Positions 36,157-48,614 of a stretch of 64,000 nt of DNA are shown here, piece after piece (position 1 is the first letter of the stretch; every line of letters starts with the position of its first letter). The stretch is from a phage. Below the pieces are notes generated by a model. It saw only the letters and a list, made by a program, of their open reading frames with translations, ran no database searches and was not told the origin of the DNA. The stretch lies in NCBI GenBank assembly GCA_024682255.1, contig GCA_024682255.1_4716.1; one strand, written 5' to 3'. Made by a program: the position numbers and the translations under genes.

Positions 36157-36690
36157 TTAAGCTCCTTTCTGTTTTACGGACGATGTTAACCAGGACGATC
36201 TTACCGTGAAACCCTCAGACTCATAGAACGCCTGGGCTTCAGCGTTATCGGCACGAACATCCAGGCCAATAGAATGCCCACCGCACTGGTAAGCGATGTT
36301 ACGTGCTTCGTTCATCAAGGCGTGGCCGATACCACGTCCGCGATATTCGGGTTTTACAACAATCGATGTAACGTCATGAATGCCCATATGGCTCTCTATA
36401 TTCACTTCCAAGAGGCCTACCGGCATCGAAGCGATGGCGTCGATCATAACGACCAACTTTGCAGTGTCCGGTAAACGCTTTTCTAATTCTAAGGCATCGT
36501 ACTCGCGTTTTAAATCGGGGATATTCTCAAACATAAACGTGGTAGCCCAAGCCTCTGATTCTACGTCGTCGAGAATACGGTACAGCTCACGAATCTGTCG
36601 TTTATGTGGGTAAAGGTGTGGATCGGCGGCCGTTGAGGCGATAACGCAATAGAACGGCCGTTCATTAATAACTACTGTTTTGATGCTCAT
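36157..36690 (-). CDS. GNAT family N-acetyltransferase
   Basis: Acetyl-CoA binding motif VKPEYRGRGIGHALMNEA and C-terminal AFYESEGF; 4-nt overlap with upstream gene. Confidence 0.8.
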   Translation of the reverse strand: MSIKTVVINERPFYCVIASTAADPHLYPHKRQIRELYRILDDVESEAWATTFMFENIPDLKREYDALELEKRLPDTAKLVVMIDAIASMPVGLLEVNIESHMGIHDVTSIVVKPEYRGRGIGHALMNEARNIAYQCGGHSIGLDVRADNAEAQAFYESEGFTVRSSWLTSSVKQKGA

Positions 36691-37193
36691 GCTAAAATTC
36701 CCTCATTACCTAACAGTCGATTACGATGACGTCGGTACATTTGACAAAGTGTTGTGATTTGATAATGTTTGTTGTAACGCACCTCGATACGTTTTTGCAC
36801 CTCTTTCCATGGAAGTTTATCGTATTGCCGATAACGATGGATTTCATTTAACATACGAAGACGAGTAGGATCGGTGTTCTTTATCGTCGTGAGCTTCACG
36901 CGTTGGTATCCGCGCTGTAGTCCCGATTCGGAATACGTGACATCAAACTCATCCTGAATGATGGTAATGATCTCCCGCCACCGACGGTTCTCGCCATCAC
37001 GTAAATGGACAACCCGCGATAAGATATCGTTCCGATTACGATGACTCAGTTTGATGTTAAGCATTGAAGCAATCGCGCTAATGGCTCTCTGACTCCGTCC
37101 TAACGCTTCACCTATTTCTTTCGATGTCATGACGCCCGCGTTTCGGCGTATGAATGCGATTTCGGTTGTTGTGTATTCTTTACCTGCTGCCAT
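36687..37193 (-). CDS. Myb/SANT-like HTH protein, paralog 6 of tandem array
   Basis: HTH repeat TSKEIGEALGRSQRAISAI plus two W..I...I..EF repeats. Confidence 0.65.
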   Translation of the reverse strand: MAAGKEYTTTEIAFIRRNAGVMTSKEIGEALGRSQRAISAIASMLNIKLSHRNRNDILSRVVHLRDGENRRWREIITIIQDEFDVTYSESGLQRGYQRVKLTTIKNTDPTRLRMLNEIHRYRQYDKLPWKEVQKRIEVRYNKHYQITTLCQMYRRHRNRLLGNEGILA

Positions 37194-37657
37194 TTCTTAC
37201 CACGTGTGTTATAATAGTAACGCTGACAAAGATGTGTGTGACGATACTCCCGTTTGAACTCGACGCTAATGATGCGAGCAACTTCTCTCCAGTTAACCCC
37301 TTCACGTCGAAGTGCTGTAATACGGTCTGAAATTTTGCACCATTCATCTGGGTCGTATCGACGTAGCTTAAGTCGTCGTATTACGGAGGCGACGCTCGCT
37401 CTCGATCGGCCAAGATGATTTGACAGCTGTTTAACCGAGTATCTGTGGATATTGTCACGAATATAGGAAATCTCGTTGTTCGTATATGCCTCATTGGTTC
37501 TCGACGAAGGGAACAGCATATACAACTTATTCTTAATCGCGCTTTCTGTGCGTTGAAATACAGCAGCCAGCTCACTAACCGGTGGTCTGGGTATCTGGTC
37601 CGCGTAATTCTCGAGGCGTGAGAGTTCCTCATCTGTCCAGCGACGGTATTTGCGCAT
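37127..37657 (-). CDS. Myb/SANT-like HTH protein, paralog 5
   Basis: Start at ATG 37657 with GGAG RBS; repeats RWTDEELSRL...VSELAAVFQRTESAIKNKL and YSVKQLSNHLGRSRASV. Confidence 0.65.
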   Translation of the reverse strand: MRKYRRWTDEELSRLENYADQIPRPPVSELAAVFQRTESAIKNKLYMLFPSSRTNEAYTNNEISYIRDNIHRYSVKQLSNHLGRSRASVASVIRRLKLRRYDPDEWCKISDRITALRREGVNWREVARIISVEFKREYRHTHLCQRYYYNTRGKKWQQVKNTQQPKSHSYAETRAS

Positions 37658-38132
37658 AGGCAGCTCCTTTGTTTTTCGTGTAGTAACACCAACGTTGATA
37701 CAACGCATGTTTATTCGTTGTAATCCCAAATTTAACAACAACGTCGTAGGTAATAACATCCCAATTTTGGGTGACGTTAAGTCGTTCCGCGATAAACGCG
37801 ATAATCGCTTCCCGTTCTTGCTTGGTGAGCGCACGACGAATTCCGTTAAGCCGTATAAACTGACGAACCGAGTCATACGAACGGTTTAAATCGTACGCAA
37901 TCTCCCGCAGCGATTTTTGTCTGATTACCGACTTGATGTATGCGCGTTCTTCTTCCGTGTACGGCCGATGCTTTTGACGTTGACGTATTCCCAAACGCCC
38001 CAGACGCGCGTCGACGCTGGCGCGTGTTCGTCCTGTCCGTTGCGCAATTTCATCAATCGTCATCGACGTGTTCAAATACAGATGCGTAACATCTTTCAGC
38101 TCGTCGTCACGCCACGGTTGAGATCGTCCCAT
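37629..38132 (-). CDS. Myb/SANT-like HTH protein, paralog 4
   Basis: Repeats WRDDELKDV...IDEIAQRTGRTRASVDARL and YTEEERAYI...LREIAYDLNRSYDSV. Confidence 0.7.
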   Translation of the reverse strand: MGRSQPWRDDELKDVTHLYLNTSMTIDEIAQRTGRTRASVDARLGRLGIRQRQKHRPYTEEERAYIKSVIRQKSLREIAYDLNRSYDSVRQFIRLNGIRRALTKQEREAIIAFIAERLNVTQNWDVITYDVVVKFGITTNKHALYQRWCYYTKNKGAAYAQIPSLDR

Positions 38133-38610
38133 CTTGTATCCCTCTTTTCTTTCTATGATGCCACCAACGCTGATAGACAGCTTGCTTCGTACGTGTTATA
38201 CCGAAATGCTCATTAACCCGTTCAGCAATGTAGTACCAATCCTGTGTTTCTTCCAACAATCTATCAACGAAGGCTATGAAGATCTTAGTATCAGCCTCGC
38301 TTAACCGCTTAAAACCATGACGGTGTGCAATCGTTCTAATACTGTTTGGATCCCTGTTTAAATCGCGTGCGAGTTGTTTGTAACTTTTGTGTTTGCAGTG
38401 CACTCTGATATATTCCAGCTCACCGACGCTGAAACGTTTATGGGGTTTACGACGTTCAACATTTAAGTATACCAACCTCGATTTAATTGCACCGTACGTT
38501 GTTTCCATGATTTCTGCGATTTCACGGATTTTTAATTTCGGGTGACGATAGTACAATTCCAGCAACTGTTCATCATCCTTACGATTCCATCGTCGTACTG
38601 GAGGTTTCAC
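38107..38610 (-). CDS. Myb/SANT-like HTH protein, paralog 3
   Basis: Repeats RWNRKDDEQLLELY...IREIAEIMETTYGAIKSRL and SYKQLARDLNRDPNSI. Confidence 0.7.
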   Translation of the reverse strand: MKPPVRRWNRKDDEQLLELYYRHPKLKIREIAEIMETTYGAIKSRLVYLNVERRKPHKRFSVGELEYIRVHCKHKSYKQLARDLNRDPNSIRTIAHRHGFKRLSEADTKIFIAFVDRLLEETQDWYYIAERVNEHFGITRTKQAVYQRWWHHRKKRGIQDGTISTVA

Positions 38611-38623
38611 AACGAGATTTCTC

Positions 38624-39091
38624 CTATTCTACGCGTTTTAATGCTTGAGTGTAGTAGAGGCTATGAACACCGCTTAACGTGTAATGGGTGTTAAATTCAT
38701 TATTGATGATGTTCCGTATTCTCTCCCAGGTGTTATTCTCTTTTCTAAGGGCGTGTATTCGATAATAAATCATCTCTCGACGTTGCGCTTTGCATGCAAC
38801 AATACCGTAACGGTAGCAGAGTTTAGCGATTGCGTCCACGCTACGATTGAACATCGCTGCAGCTTCTTTTACGCTATGCGTCTTAAGATAATCAGCTAAC
38901 ATCACACGTTCTTCGAAACAACAATAGCGGTGACGCGACATGAGTTTCCAGCGCTTGCGATTGCGGTTAATTCGACCTTGAACAGAGCCTTCTGTTCGGT
39001 CAAGCCGTGCCGCAATCTCTTGCATCGGGATACCGTTTCGGTACAGGGTAATCAATATCGCGTCTTCTTCGGGTGTCCAGTCCTTGACCAT
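38624..39091 (-). CDS. Myb/SANT-like HTH protein, paralog 2
   Basis: Repeats WTPEEDAILITLY...MQEIAARLDRTEGSVQGRI and SVKEAAAMFNRSVDAI. Confidence 0.7.
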   Translation of the reverse strand: MVKDWTPEEDAILITLYRNGIPMQEIAARLDRTEGSVQGRINRNRKRWKLMSRHRYCCFEERVMLADYLKTHSVKEAAAMFNRSVDAIAKLCYRYGIVACKAQRREMIYYRIHALRKENNTWERIRNIINNEFNTHYTLSGVHSLYYTQALKRVE

Positions 39092-39103
39092 AGCGCCACC
39101 CCA

Positions 39104-41839
<2,736 letters not shown>

Positions 41840-41874
41840 GATGGGAGGGACACAGGCAATACGCTTTTATTTCG

Positions 41875-42507
41875 TCAAGACTTCACGACGCATTCGACTT
41901 CGTCGTTCATATAAGCTTCGTATAACGACAGCACTTCCTTCATTTTAATTTCAGGTAACGCGACGGAACGAATCGCTTTCAGGATATTCCGTGTTTGATG
42001 GTGTTTAACCTTCGCTTCACGTAGTTTACAGAATTGACGGATACAGGTATTAACCTTACCCCCTTCAGCACGTTCGAGGGCGACATGCAGTTTCAGGTCA
42101 AGTAATACTTCCGTGAGTTCCTGGGTGGCAGGATCGTTACGAATAAGTCGCACTGTACGCTCATCTGGATTCAGCATCTCGAGATACTGAAGCTTGATAT
42201 GTTCAGGTACGGGTTTCGTGTTCATCATGATGGCATCAAGCTGTTCCTTAACACCCGGCTCATTAAACACGTAACGTTCGATGCTTACGACGTGTGCTTT
42301 TCCTGACTCACCATAAACCGCCATCGCGCGATAGTCATCAAACAACACAGCATACAACAAATCCTGTTCTGGTCCGATGGTACCGTCGATGAGATTCGGC
42401 GCATGCTTCTTCAGGAAGCCGTAGCGAACAGCTTCATCAGGCATGAGTGCCCACGCATTAACGGGTTGCTTTACGAGTTCCATGTAACACCTCATCAAGA
42501 TTATCAC
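41875..42507 (-). CDS. Hypothetical protein (up to 210 aa; likely start ATG 42483)
   Basis: ORF; GAGGTG RBS before ATG 42483. Confidence 0.6.
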   Translation of the reverse strand: MIILMRCYMELVKQPVNAWALMPDEAVRYGFLKKHAPNLIDGTIGPEQDLLYAVLFDDYRAMAVYGESGKAHVVSIERYVFNEPGVKEQLDAIMMNTKPVPEHIKLQYLEMLNPDERTVRLIRNDPATQELTEVLLDLKLHVALERAEGGKVNTCIRQFCKLREAKVKHHQTRNILKAIRSVALPEIKMKEVLSLYEAYMNDEVECVVKS

Positions 42508-42751
42508 TTACACCTGGCGGTACCACGATACCGGTACGAATCACGGCAGCAACTTCCTGCATGCCTTTACCCTTCAACGCATAGGTTTCATGTACCGTAT
42601 TACGTCGCGTCGTTAACCCAACAAATTTACATACAACCATGTTGTTTTCTGAAAGGTAAGCGGTGTCGAGTTCACCGTGCAACAATTCTTTCTCTTTGGT
42701 ATCAATACCCAATAACGCAATTTGATAAGCTGAAAGTTTCCAATAGCGCAT
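42458..42751 (-). CDS. Hypothetical protein (about 97 aa)
   Basis: ORF 42458-42778; internal ATG 42751 with RBS. Confidence 0.5.
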   Translation of the reverse strand: MRYWKLSAYQIALLGIDTKEKELLHGELDTAYLSENNMVVCKFVGLTTRRNTVHETYALKGKGMQEVAAVIRTGIVVPPGVSDNLDEVLHGTRKATR

Positions 42752-42767
42752 GTTATCACCCAAACTG

Positions 42768-43184
42768 TTAAGAAGCATCCTGTTTAATGTCGATGAGTAT
42801 TTCCGTTCGAACCGGATTAGTCAGCACAGCACGCATGCGTTCAAGCATCATCGGGTTATCCGTAACCACCACATCGGCGTAACACAACGGATGGCTTTCG
42901 AATACTTCGGTGTCACTTACTAACAGAACGCCCATCACATTTACGTATTGCGGTATGCGTCCACGGATGCGTTGCCACATGTCTTGAGTAATGTCTTCGT
43001 TTTCTAATGCAACCACGACAACAGGACTGATATTTACCGGGAAACGTGGATGCACCGTGCGGCGAAAGGTTACCCAGCTTTCGACGTGGGTTAATGCAAG
43101 TTCGAGAGAACAGCACTTTGGAGAGATCTGTATGTTTATTTGCTGAATCAATGAAAGGGGGTTTTGTACAGTCGCTTCAGCCAT
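42768..43184 (-). CDS. Hypothetical protein (138 aa)
   Basis: ORF abutting upstream gene. Confidence 0.6.
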   Translation of the reverse strand: MAEATVQNPLSLIQQINIQISPKCCSLELALTHVESWVTFRRTVHPRFPVNISPVVVVALENEDITQDMWQRIRGRIPQYVNVMGVLLVSDTEVFESHPLCYADVVVTDNPMMLERMRAVLTNPVRTEILIDIKQDAS

Positions 43185-44162
43185 TTACTTTTTCCTGAAA
43201 ATTAATGTCGGTAAGCCGTTTCTTACAGCATAATACAACACTAAGAGGTTAATCTTGCCAGCGGATACAGTAAGCATTTTACGACGACGTGGTAAACCAA
43301 CCGGTACGGTAGATGCCATCGTTGCGCTGTTCTTGAACGTTTGGGAATAACGTCGCAGCGACGCTTCACCTAACAATGGAAGGAACAGATCCTCGGTAAG
43401 AATATCATCGCAGATATACGTAATCGCAAGTAACGGCGGATTCCACTCGTTCAGGAACTCGAAAATCTCGTTTGCGATACCCAGCGCGTTATTGGGAAGC
43501 GGAACCTCACGAACGTATTTCTGATTGCCTTTATCCAGCAGGATTCTTGACATACAGTAATCGTGGATTATACCCGAAATATCATCCGCTGTTTCTGCGC
43601 TCTGCATCAACGCCTGTGCTTCTTCCCAGGTCAGTTGACGTTTTGTTTCGTAGTAGGTTGGTTTCAAAACCGCGTAGAAATCATGGATTAAACGACCAAC
43701 GTCGCCACGGGTTTTCTCTGCCAACGCGATCGCGTACGCTTTCTTCTCCGCATCCGTTAAGATCTGATTACGCCACAGTTCGTATTCGTCTAACAGCTCG
43801 GTGTATTTGGCTGTCCATTCAGAGGAAAGATAATAACCAATACTATCAATCAGAGCATGTGTTAAAACACCCAGACGCTCGCGTCTTGGATCGACCGACG
43901 GCTCATAGACAAAAGGTAGCTTCGGTTTTTCAAAGCCGCTGGCTACGACGGTATCTGAAAAAGCGTTAGCGAAAACACCCATCGGTTTCCACGACGTAAG
44001 GAGATCCTGATACAGCATTGGATGAACGTTATTAATCGCTGTGAGTTTATCATCGAAAAGACTCACGCTTGGATGTTCGGCATTCGCAAGCTCAAAATAA
44101 ATTCTTTCGAGCAACGCCTTTACCGCATCGCGTGTCTTATCGATTGGGCCAACAGAAGCCAT
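43185..44162 (-). CDS. Hypothetical protein (325 aa)
   Basis: Long ORF. Confidence 0.65.
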   Translation of the reverse strand: MASVGPIDKTRDAVKALLERIYFELANAEHPSVSLFDDKLTAINNVHPMLYQDLLTSWKPMGVFANAFSDTVVASGFEKPKLPFVYEPSVDPRRERLGVLTHALIDSIGYYLSSEWTAKYTELLDEYELWRNQILTDAEKKAYAIALAEKTRGDVGRLIHDFYAVLKPTYYETKRQLTWEEAQALMQSAETADDISGIIHDYCMSRILLDKGNQKYVREVPLPNNALGIANEIFEFLNEWNPPLLAITYICDDILTEDLFLPLLGEASLRRYSQTFKNSATMASTVPVGLPRRRKMLTVSAGKINLLVLYYAVRNGLPTLIFRKK

Positions 44163-44176
44163 GTAAATTATCCTCG

Positions 44177-44443
44177 TTAAAAAGTACCCATGATCGATAG
44201 GGCAATATGGTCTTTGTTCGCACGCGCTTGTAACGACATATCAAGACCGCTTTTCTTAATATGCCAACGTGCCACCAGTTCCGGTTGGTCAACGGAATAC
44301 AACCCTTCTCGATGTTGATTCAACCATTTAGCAATTGGATGCAATTTATCAGGATCGACCACACCCAATTCCAACCCACCGGGTGTTAATGGTTTAGAAT
44401 AAAAGTCAAGTGCGTTCCGTAAAAAGTCATCCTCGATGCTCAT
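44177..44443 (-). CDS. Hypothetical protein (88 aa)
   Basis: ORF; ATG overlaps stop of upstream small peptide (ATGA). Confidence 0.5.
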   Translation of the reverse strand: MSIEDDFLRNALDFYSKPLTPGGLELGVVDPDKLHPIAKWLNQHREGLYSVDQPELVARWHIKKSGLDMSLQARANKDHIALSIMGTF

Positions 44444-44556
44444 CGTAGCATACCTACCATGCCAATTACGGCAAACAGTACGCCGACGGCGCTATACGCA
44501 AGCAGCGCTTTAGCAACCCAAGATTTTATTTCCGTAAGCTCGTCATTATTCACCAT
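44443..44556 (-). CDS. Small hydrophobic peptide (about 38 aa), not in ORF track
   Basis: ATG 44556 preceded by GAGGTG RBS; sequence MVNNDELTEIKSWVAKALLAYSAVGVLFAVIGMVGMLR. Confidence 0.3.
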
Positions 44557-44633
44557 GTTTCACCTCGTTCGGTTGTTGTCTGATCTCATACCTTTACTTA
44601 AGCGTATCCCCCGTCATTAAGACGGGGTGCTTA

Positions 44634-45008
44634 TCACCAGAGACGATTACCTTCCTCGTCCCACCAAGCAATCGCTCGTGTCGACTCGAATGCGTTAGGG
44701 CGTAATGTCATACCCTTGCGGTCAACGATTAACCGCAACTCAGTACCGAACCATTCAATCGAGATAAACAAACCCTTCCGAATGACTGCTTGATAACCTG
44801 ATAGCCGCTCAAAGAGTCGTTGAAAGATCTCATCGTGCCCACACGACACTAATGCTTCTGAATAGCGTCGCATCGATATTGCATCGCTAGGTAAGCGTGT
44901 TTTACAGTCCCACCATAACACAGCGTACATCAATGCGGCATTACGCAATCGTAAAGATTGAACTGGCGTTAGTTGTCGTCCTTCAACATCATCGATAATA
45001 ACGTACAT
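44634..45008 (-). CDS. Hypothetical protein (124 aa)
   Basis: ORF with hairpin 44604-44628 after stop. Confidence 0.55.
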   Translation of the reverse strand: MYVIIDDVEGRQLTPVQSLRLRNAALMYAVLWWDCKTRLPSDAISMRRYSEALVSCGHDEIFQRLFERLSGYQAVIRKGLFISIEWFGTELRLIVDRKGMTLRPNAFESTRAIAWWDEEGNRLW

Positions 45009-45014
45009 TGCGTC

Positions 45015-45221
45015 TTATTCCGCGCTTGTTTCCTTAACATGGACACATTCCGCATCGATAATCACACCGGTAGAACGACTGGTCTCGTGGGTAGAATCAA
45101 ATCCGCTGTTGAACAACATGGCGAACGTGTTATTATCCATACGAGCAAAGGTCTCCGCAATACGATCGGGATGAAAATCGGTGCGGTTGATGGTCGATTT
45201 CACAAAAACTCCTATAAACAA
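45015..45221 (-). CDS. Hypothetical small protein (68 aa)
   Basis: ORF filling gap between flanking genes. Confidence 0.4.
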   Translation of the reverse strand: MFIGVFVKSTINRTDFHPDRIAETFARMDNNTFAMLFNSGFDSTHETSRSTGVIIDAECVHVKETSAE

Positions 45222-45242
45222 TTTAATTATTGGTATTAAAGA

Positions 45243-45728
45243 TTAAAGCAGGATCTGCGGACAGCAGCATGATTCGTAACCACCTTCATGTGGTAACGTA
45301 TTGCTGGTGTCAGGCCAAACGAGCTGAATACCTGCAACTTTTTTACCATATCGAGCGAAAGCCGCTATCGCATACACTTCGTTGAAGGATTCAATATCCT
45401 CGATTTCGCGTACGTCAAGACGCAAGGTTTCACCCGTACCTTTCAAAGTCAGATTACCATCGAACGCGCCTAACGGGATGGTCTTTGCCTTCACCATGAA
45501 GTTACCCAGTTTGTTGATTGCTGAACCGAGCGCCGGACAGTAACCGGATACGAAGATTTCCGGCATTCCGTGTTCGGTTAGACCAACAGTATACATAAAG
45601 CCAGGCTCGTCGCTTCCCTCATCAGGAGCGACACTGATAATAGCCCATTGCTTTTTCTCGATATATTCTTCGATAAAATCGTCCATTTTTGAAAAATTGT
45701 TTTCATTAAGTTTAACTGTGTTACTCAT
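45243..45728 (-). CDS. DUF4262-like protein (161 aa)
   Basis: Motifs FMYTVGLTEHGMPEIFVSG and QLVWPD recalled as characteristic of DUF4262; unverified. Confidence 0.5.
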   Translation of the reverse strand: MSNTVKLNENNFSKMDDFIEEYIEKKQWAIISVAPDEGSDEPGFMYTVGLTEHGMPEIFVSGYCPALGSAINKLGNFMVKAKTIPLGAFDGNLTLKGTGETLRLDVREIEDIESFNEVYAIAAFARYGKKVAGIQLVWPDTSNTLPHEGGYESCCCPQILL

Positions 45729-46014
45729 GTTCTTTATCCTTTAAAGCGTTTTCTAACCAGCGGACATAACTTTCACGATAAAGGTGAATATGTCTTTTAC
45801 CGTCGCGAAAGTTAGGGTCAATAAGATGAATCGCAGCATGGGTTGAAGTCATCGCATGCTGTAAATGTTTTCGTGTTAATCGCCCAAGTTTTACCCAGCG
45901 TTGAATATACCGCGCGTCTGCCGCTAAACAGGTACGTTCGTCGATGAAAGGTACCAATACCTGAACGATACTACCGTAATACACCATCGAACTGTTGAAC
46001 ATCTGCGTCTCCAT
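45721..46014 (-). CDS. Hypothetical protein (97 aa)
   Basis: ORF with 8-nt overlap to downstream gene. Confidence 0.5.
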   Translation of the reverse strand: METQMFNSSMVYYGSIVQVLVPFIDERTCLAADARYIQRWVKLGRLTRKHLQHAMTSTHAAIHLIDPNFRDGKRHIHLYRESYVRWLENALKDKEHE

Positions 46015-46032
46015 GCAAATGAATGGGGTGGA

Positions 46033-46341
46033 TTAGTGAAGAATTACTGTTTGCGACCCTTTCTCGTATTCGGTAAGTAACTCGTCGTACCGACGATCGA
46101 CCGCCTTGATCGCATTATCGATCTCTGTCGTGTCTGATACAACAGATCGTTTCGCTTCCAGTCGATATACTAACGCATCACGCATACCCTCGGCTGCAGC
46201 GAGTTCGCAAGTTGCTTGATGTTTATTATCCGAAAAGACGAAGAATGGTTTGTTCTCTTCATCAGCCAGGAAGTAGTCACGAATCGCAACCAACCTTTCT
46301 TCTGGAACCAGTTCACAATTGTTTTCGTTCATTTTCATCAT
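46033..46341 (-). CDS. Hypothetical protein (102 aa)
   Basis: ORF in minus operon. Confidence 0.5.
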   Translation of the reverse strand: MMKMNENNCELVPEERLVAIRDYFLADEENKPFFVFSDNKHQATCELAAAEGMRDALVYRLEAKRSVVSDTTEIDNAIKAVDRRYDELLTEYEKGSQTVILH

Positions 46342-46346
46342 CTCTC

Positions 46347-46673
46347 TTAAAGTTTTAACGTATTGACGCCGCTTATAAAGGCGTTGATTTCATTGTCGAT
46401 GTCGCCAGTTTGCTCGATAATCTTCTCCACCATCAATCTTGGTTTGTTATAAGCAATGCTTACAGCATCGGGACCATTTCCATACATGCTCGCGACGTAA
46501 ATTCGAAGTTCTTTTAAACGATCGAGCAACAACTGCGCGATTTCCAGAACTTCTTCTGTGGCGGTCTGTGTGTTGCATTCGCGTAACTTGTGCTCTAACA
46601 GCGAAGTCGCAGCATCGAGCATGGATGTGTATTTACGATAGTTATAAATATCAATTATAGCTGTCTGATTCAT
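46347..46673 (-). CDS. Hypothetical protein (108 aa)
   Basis: ORF in minus operon. Confidence 0.5.
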   Translation of the reverse strand: MNQTAIIDIYNYRKYTSMLDAATSLLEHKLRECNTQTATEEVLEIAQLLLDRLKELRIYVASMYGNGPDAVSIAYNKPRLMVEKIIEQTGDIDNEINAFISGVNTLKL

Positions 46674-46684
46674 ACATACGCTAC

Positions 46685-47053
46685 TTATTTGTTAGGGTCT
46701 ATTAGCGTCAGATACAACGTATACAGATCGGTAATCCCTTTTCTAATATACCGTGCTTGAAGACGTCTCATATCCCGGGTTTTATAAGGGAAATCAGGAT
46801 CCATATACAAACGATAATTCGCTTTCATTAAAACCAACACATCCTCTATAAACCGAAGATATTGCTTGATAGCTGGATCTGTATCATACGCGTAATGGCG
46901 CGCCCCACCGAATCCCAATTCCCTGTTCAGCTCTCTTAGTCGTATCGATACTAATCCGAAATCAACAAGCTCGACGAGCTGACGTAAATTACGATTAAAC
47001 CAATATCGATACCAAAATGACTGTATACCCCAACCAGTTCTATTTAACTTCAT
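46685..47053 (-). CDS. Hypothetical protein (122 aa)
   Basis: ORF in minus operon. Confidence 0.5.
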   Translation of the reverse strand: MKLNRTGWGIQSFWYRYWFNRNLRQLVELVDFGLVSIRLRELNRELGFGGARHYAYDTDPAIKQYLRFIEDVLVLMKANYRLYMDPDFPYKTRDMRRLQARYIRKGITDLYTLYLTLIDPNK

Positions 47054-47684
47054 TGATACCTTCTATTAGTTGTACAGCAACTTCTTTTTCGGTGCTATAA
47101 AAGAACTTGCGGTGGAACTGAACAAGAAGCTTTTCGAATTTACATTGAACGATCTTTTTGCGTTCGATGTGACCCAGGGAGAGCAAAGCACCCATGCAAC
47201 GTACTGCTTGTTCGAGAACCTGTTTCGCGGTATCGTGATCGTCCGGTAACGGTAAATCTTCCTCGTCATCTTTAGCGATAAGACGTCTAATGATGTTATC
47301 GATACGTATCTCATCACCGTTAATAAAAGCCCCCTTCTCCCACTCATCAAATCGTTGATGGATTCGACGTTGTAAGTTGGCCCTGTCTTCCATTAACTCT
47401 TTCAACTGTTTTTCTAGGTGGGATACGGTACGGCGGTCGGTATCAGTGAAGTTTTCCGATTCTTTGTACCACCAATCATTACGCGCTTGTAAGTCATTGA
47501 TGCGAGATATTATCCGACGACACTCGTTAACAAACGCATCACCGTTCGATAGCTCCGTACCGAAATAGCATTTGTATTTATAACGCATAACACGGATTAA
47601 ACGTTTCGCTAGAAAACCTTGTTTCTCCAGTTTCTTTTTCAGTTGGGTGTATTTCTCTTCTTTTGTTTCCGCGATATCTTTCAT
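47040..47684 (-). CDS. Hypothetical protein (214 aa), charged helical
   Basis: ORF; 4-nt overlap with upstream gene. Confidence 0.6.
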   Translation of the reverse strand: MKDIAETKEEKYTQLKKKLEKQGFLAKRLIRVMRYKYKCYFGTELSNGDAFVNECRRIISRINDLQARNDWWYKESENFTDTDRRTVSHLEKQLKELMEDRANLQRRIHQRFDEWEKGAFINGDEIRIDNIIRRLIAKDDEEDLPLPDDHDTAKQVLEQAVRCMGALLSLGHIERKKIVQCKFEKLLVQFHRKFFYSTEKEVAVQLIEGINEVK

Positions 47685-48031
47685 GCCATATTCTCCGTTA
47701 TATGCTTTAAACTGTTACGTATACTTTTCAATCGGTGGTTAAATCCGGAACGATAACATTTCCGTACAACCCTTGGCGCTCGCGCTTTATTCGCCTGATG
47801 AAGCTGTTCATTCACCTGCGACGCTATACGTAAACGCTCTAATAAAGACCTCAACCGAACGACAACCAACGGCTGTTCTTTCACCTTCTCTAGTTTGAGT
47901 AAAGAGTCAATATGAAACTTTATATCGATAATCTGATTCCTGTTTTTGCGGTACTGATGAATATACCAACATCGACGAAAATAGGCGATGTTAAGCATAG
48001 GGTAGATCCTCTTCAACGCTATCTCCAACAA
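47681..48031 (-). CDS. Hypothetical basic protein (116 aa)
   Basis: ORF in minus operon. Confidence 0.5.
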   Translation of the reverse strand: MLEIALKRIYPMLNIAYFRRCWYIHQYRKNRNQIIDIKFHIDSLLKLEKVKEQPLVVVRLRSLLERLRIASQVNEQLHQANKARAPRVVRKCYRSGFNHRLKSIRNSLKHITENMA

Positions 48032-48216
48032 TACATCGGATTAGGTGCTTTATGGCATTTATAAATACTTACTTTCTTCTGTCTGCCTTTACCCGGGCCT
48101 CGTTTAATACGTTTGTTATAAACACGATCCAAATATCGATCAACGATAAATCTAGATAAATACACCGGATCGATATATTCTAGTGTACCTGCTTCTGTCA
48201 CTTCGAGGCATTGCAT
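48019..48216 (-). CDS. Hypothetical small basic protein (65 aa)
   Basis: ORF in minus operon. Confidence 0.4.
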   Translation of the reverse strand: MQCLEVTEAGTLEYIDPVYLSRFIVDRYLDRVYNKRIKRGPGKGRQKKVSIYKCHKAPNPMYCWR

Positions 48217-48241
48217 GCGTAACCTCTCTTTCCTCTAAAAG

Positions 48242-48445
48242 TCAGTCCAACATAAGCCACGGCATCGCTTTCGCGATAGAATCCACCGCAGCATTTGCGA
48301 TCCTCCGTTCAGTCGTTGGTACCACATGCGCAACGAACCGTTTCCCTTTATTGCAACCTTTCTTGTGTTTCCCTTTGACTAAACGAACACCAATCATGTC
48401 ATTGATAACATGATTTAGTATGTGGCGCTGTAGAGAATTAATCAT
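48242..48445 (-). CDS. Hypothetical small basic protein (about 67 aa)
   Basis: ORF; ATG 48445. Confidence 0.4.
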   Translation of the reverse strand: MINSLQRHILNHVINDMIGVRLVKGKHKKGCNKGKRFVAHVVPTTERRIANAAVDSIAKAMPWLMLD

Positions 48446-48614
48446 CACTTTTACTCCAGGTAGAGAAGATCCTCGGTTTTAGTTCTATCTGTCCGCATAT
48501 CCAGGTGTATCTCCATTTACCTTTACGAGGACCTTTCTTATTTTTAACACCTATCAGAATACGATAGGGATATGACCAAGCCATTCTAACCTCCTAAAAT
48601 AAATCTCGATATTC

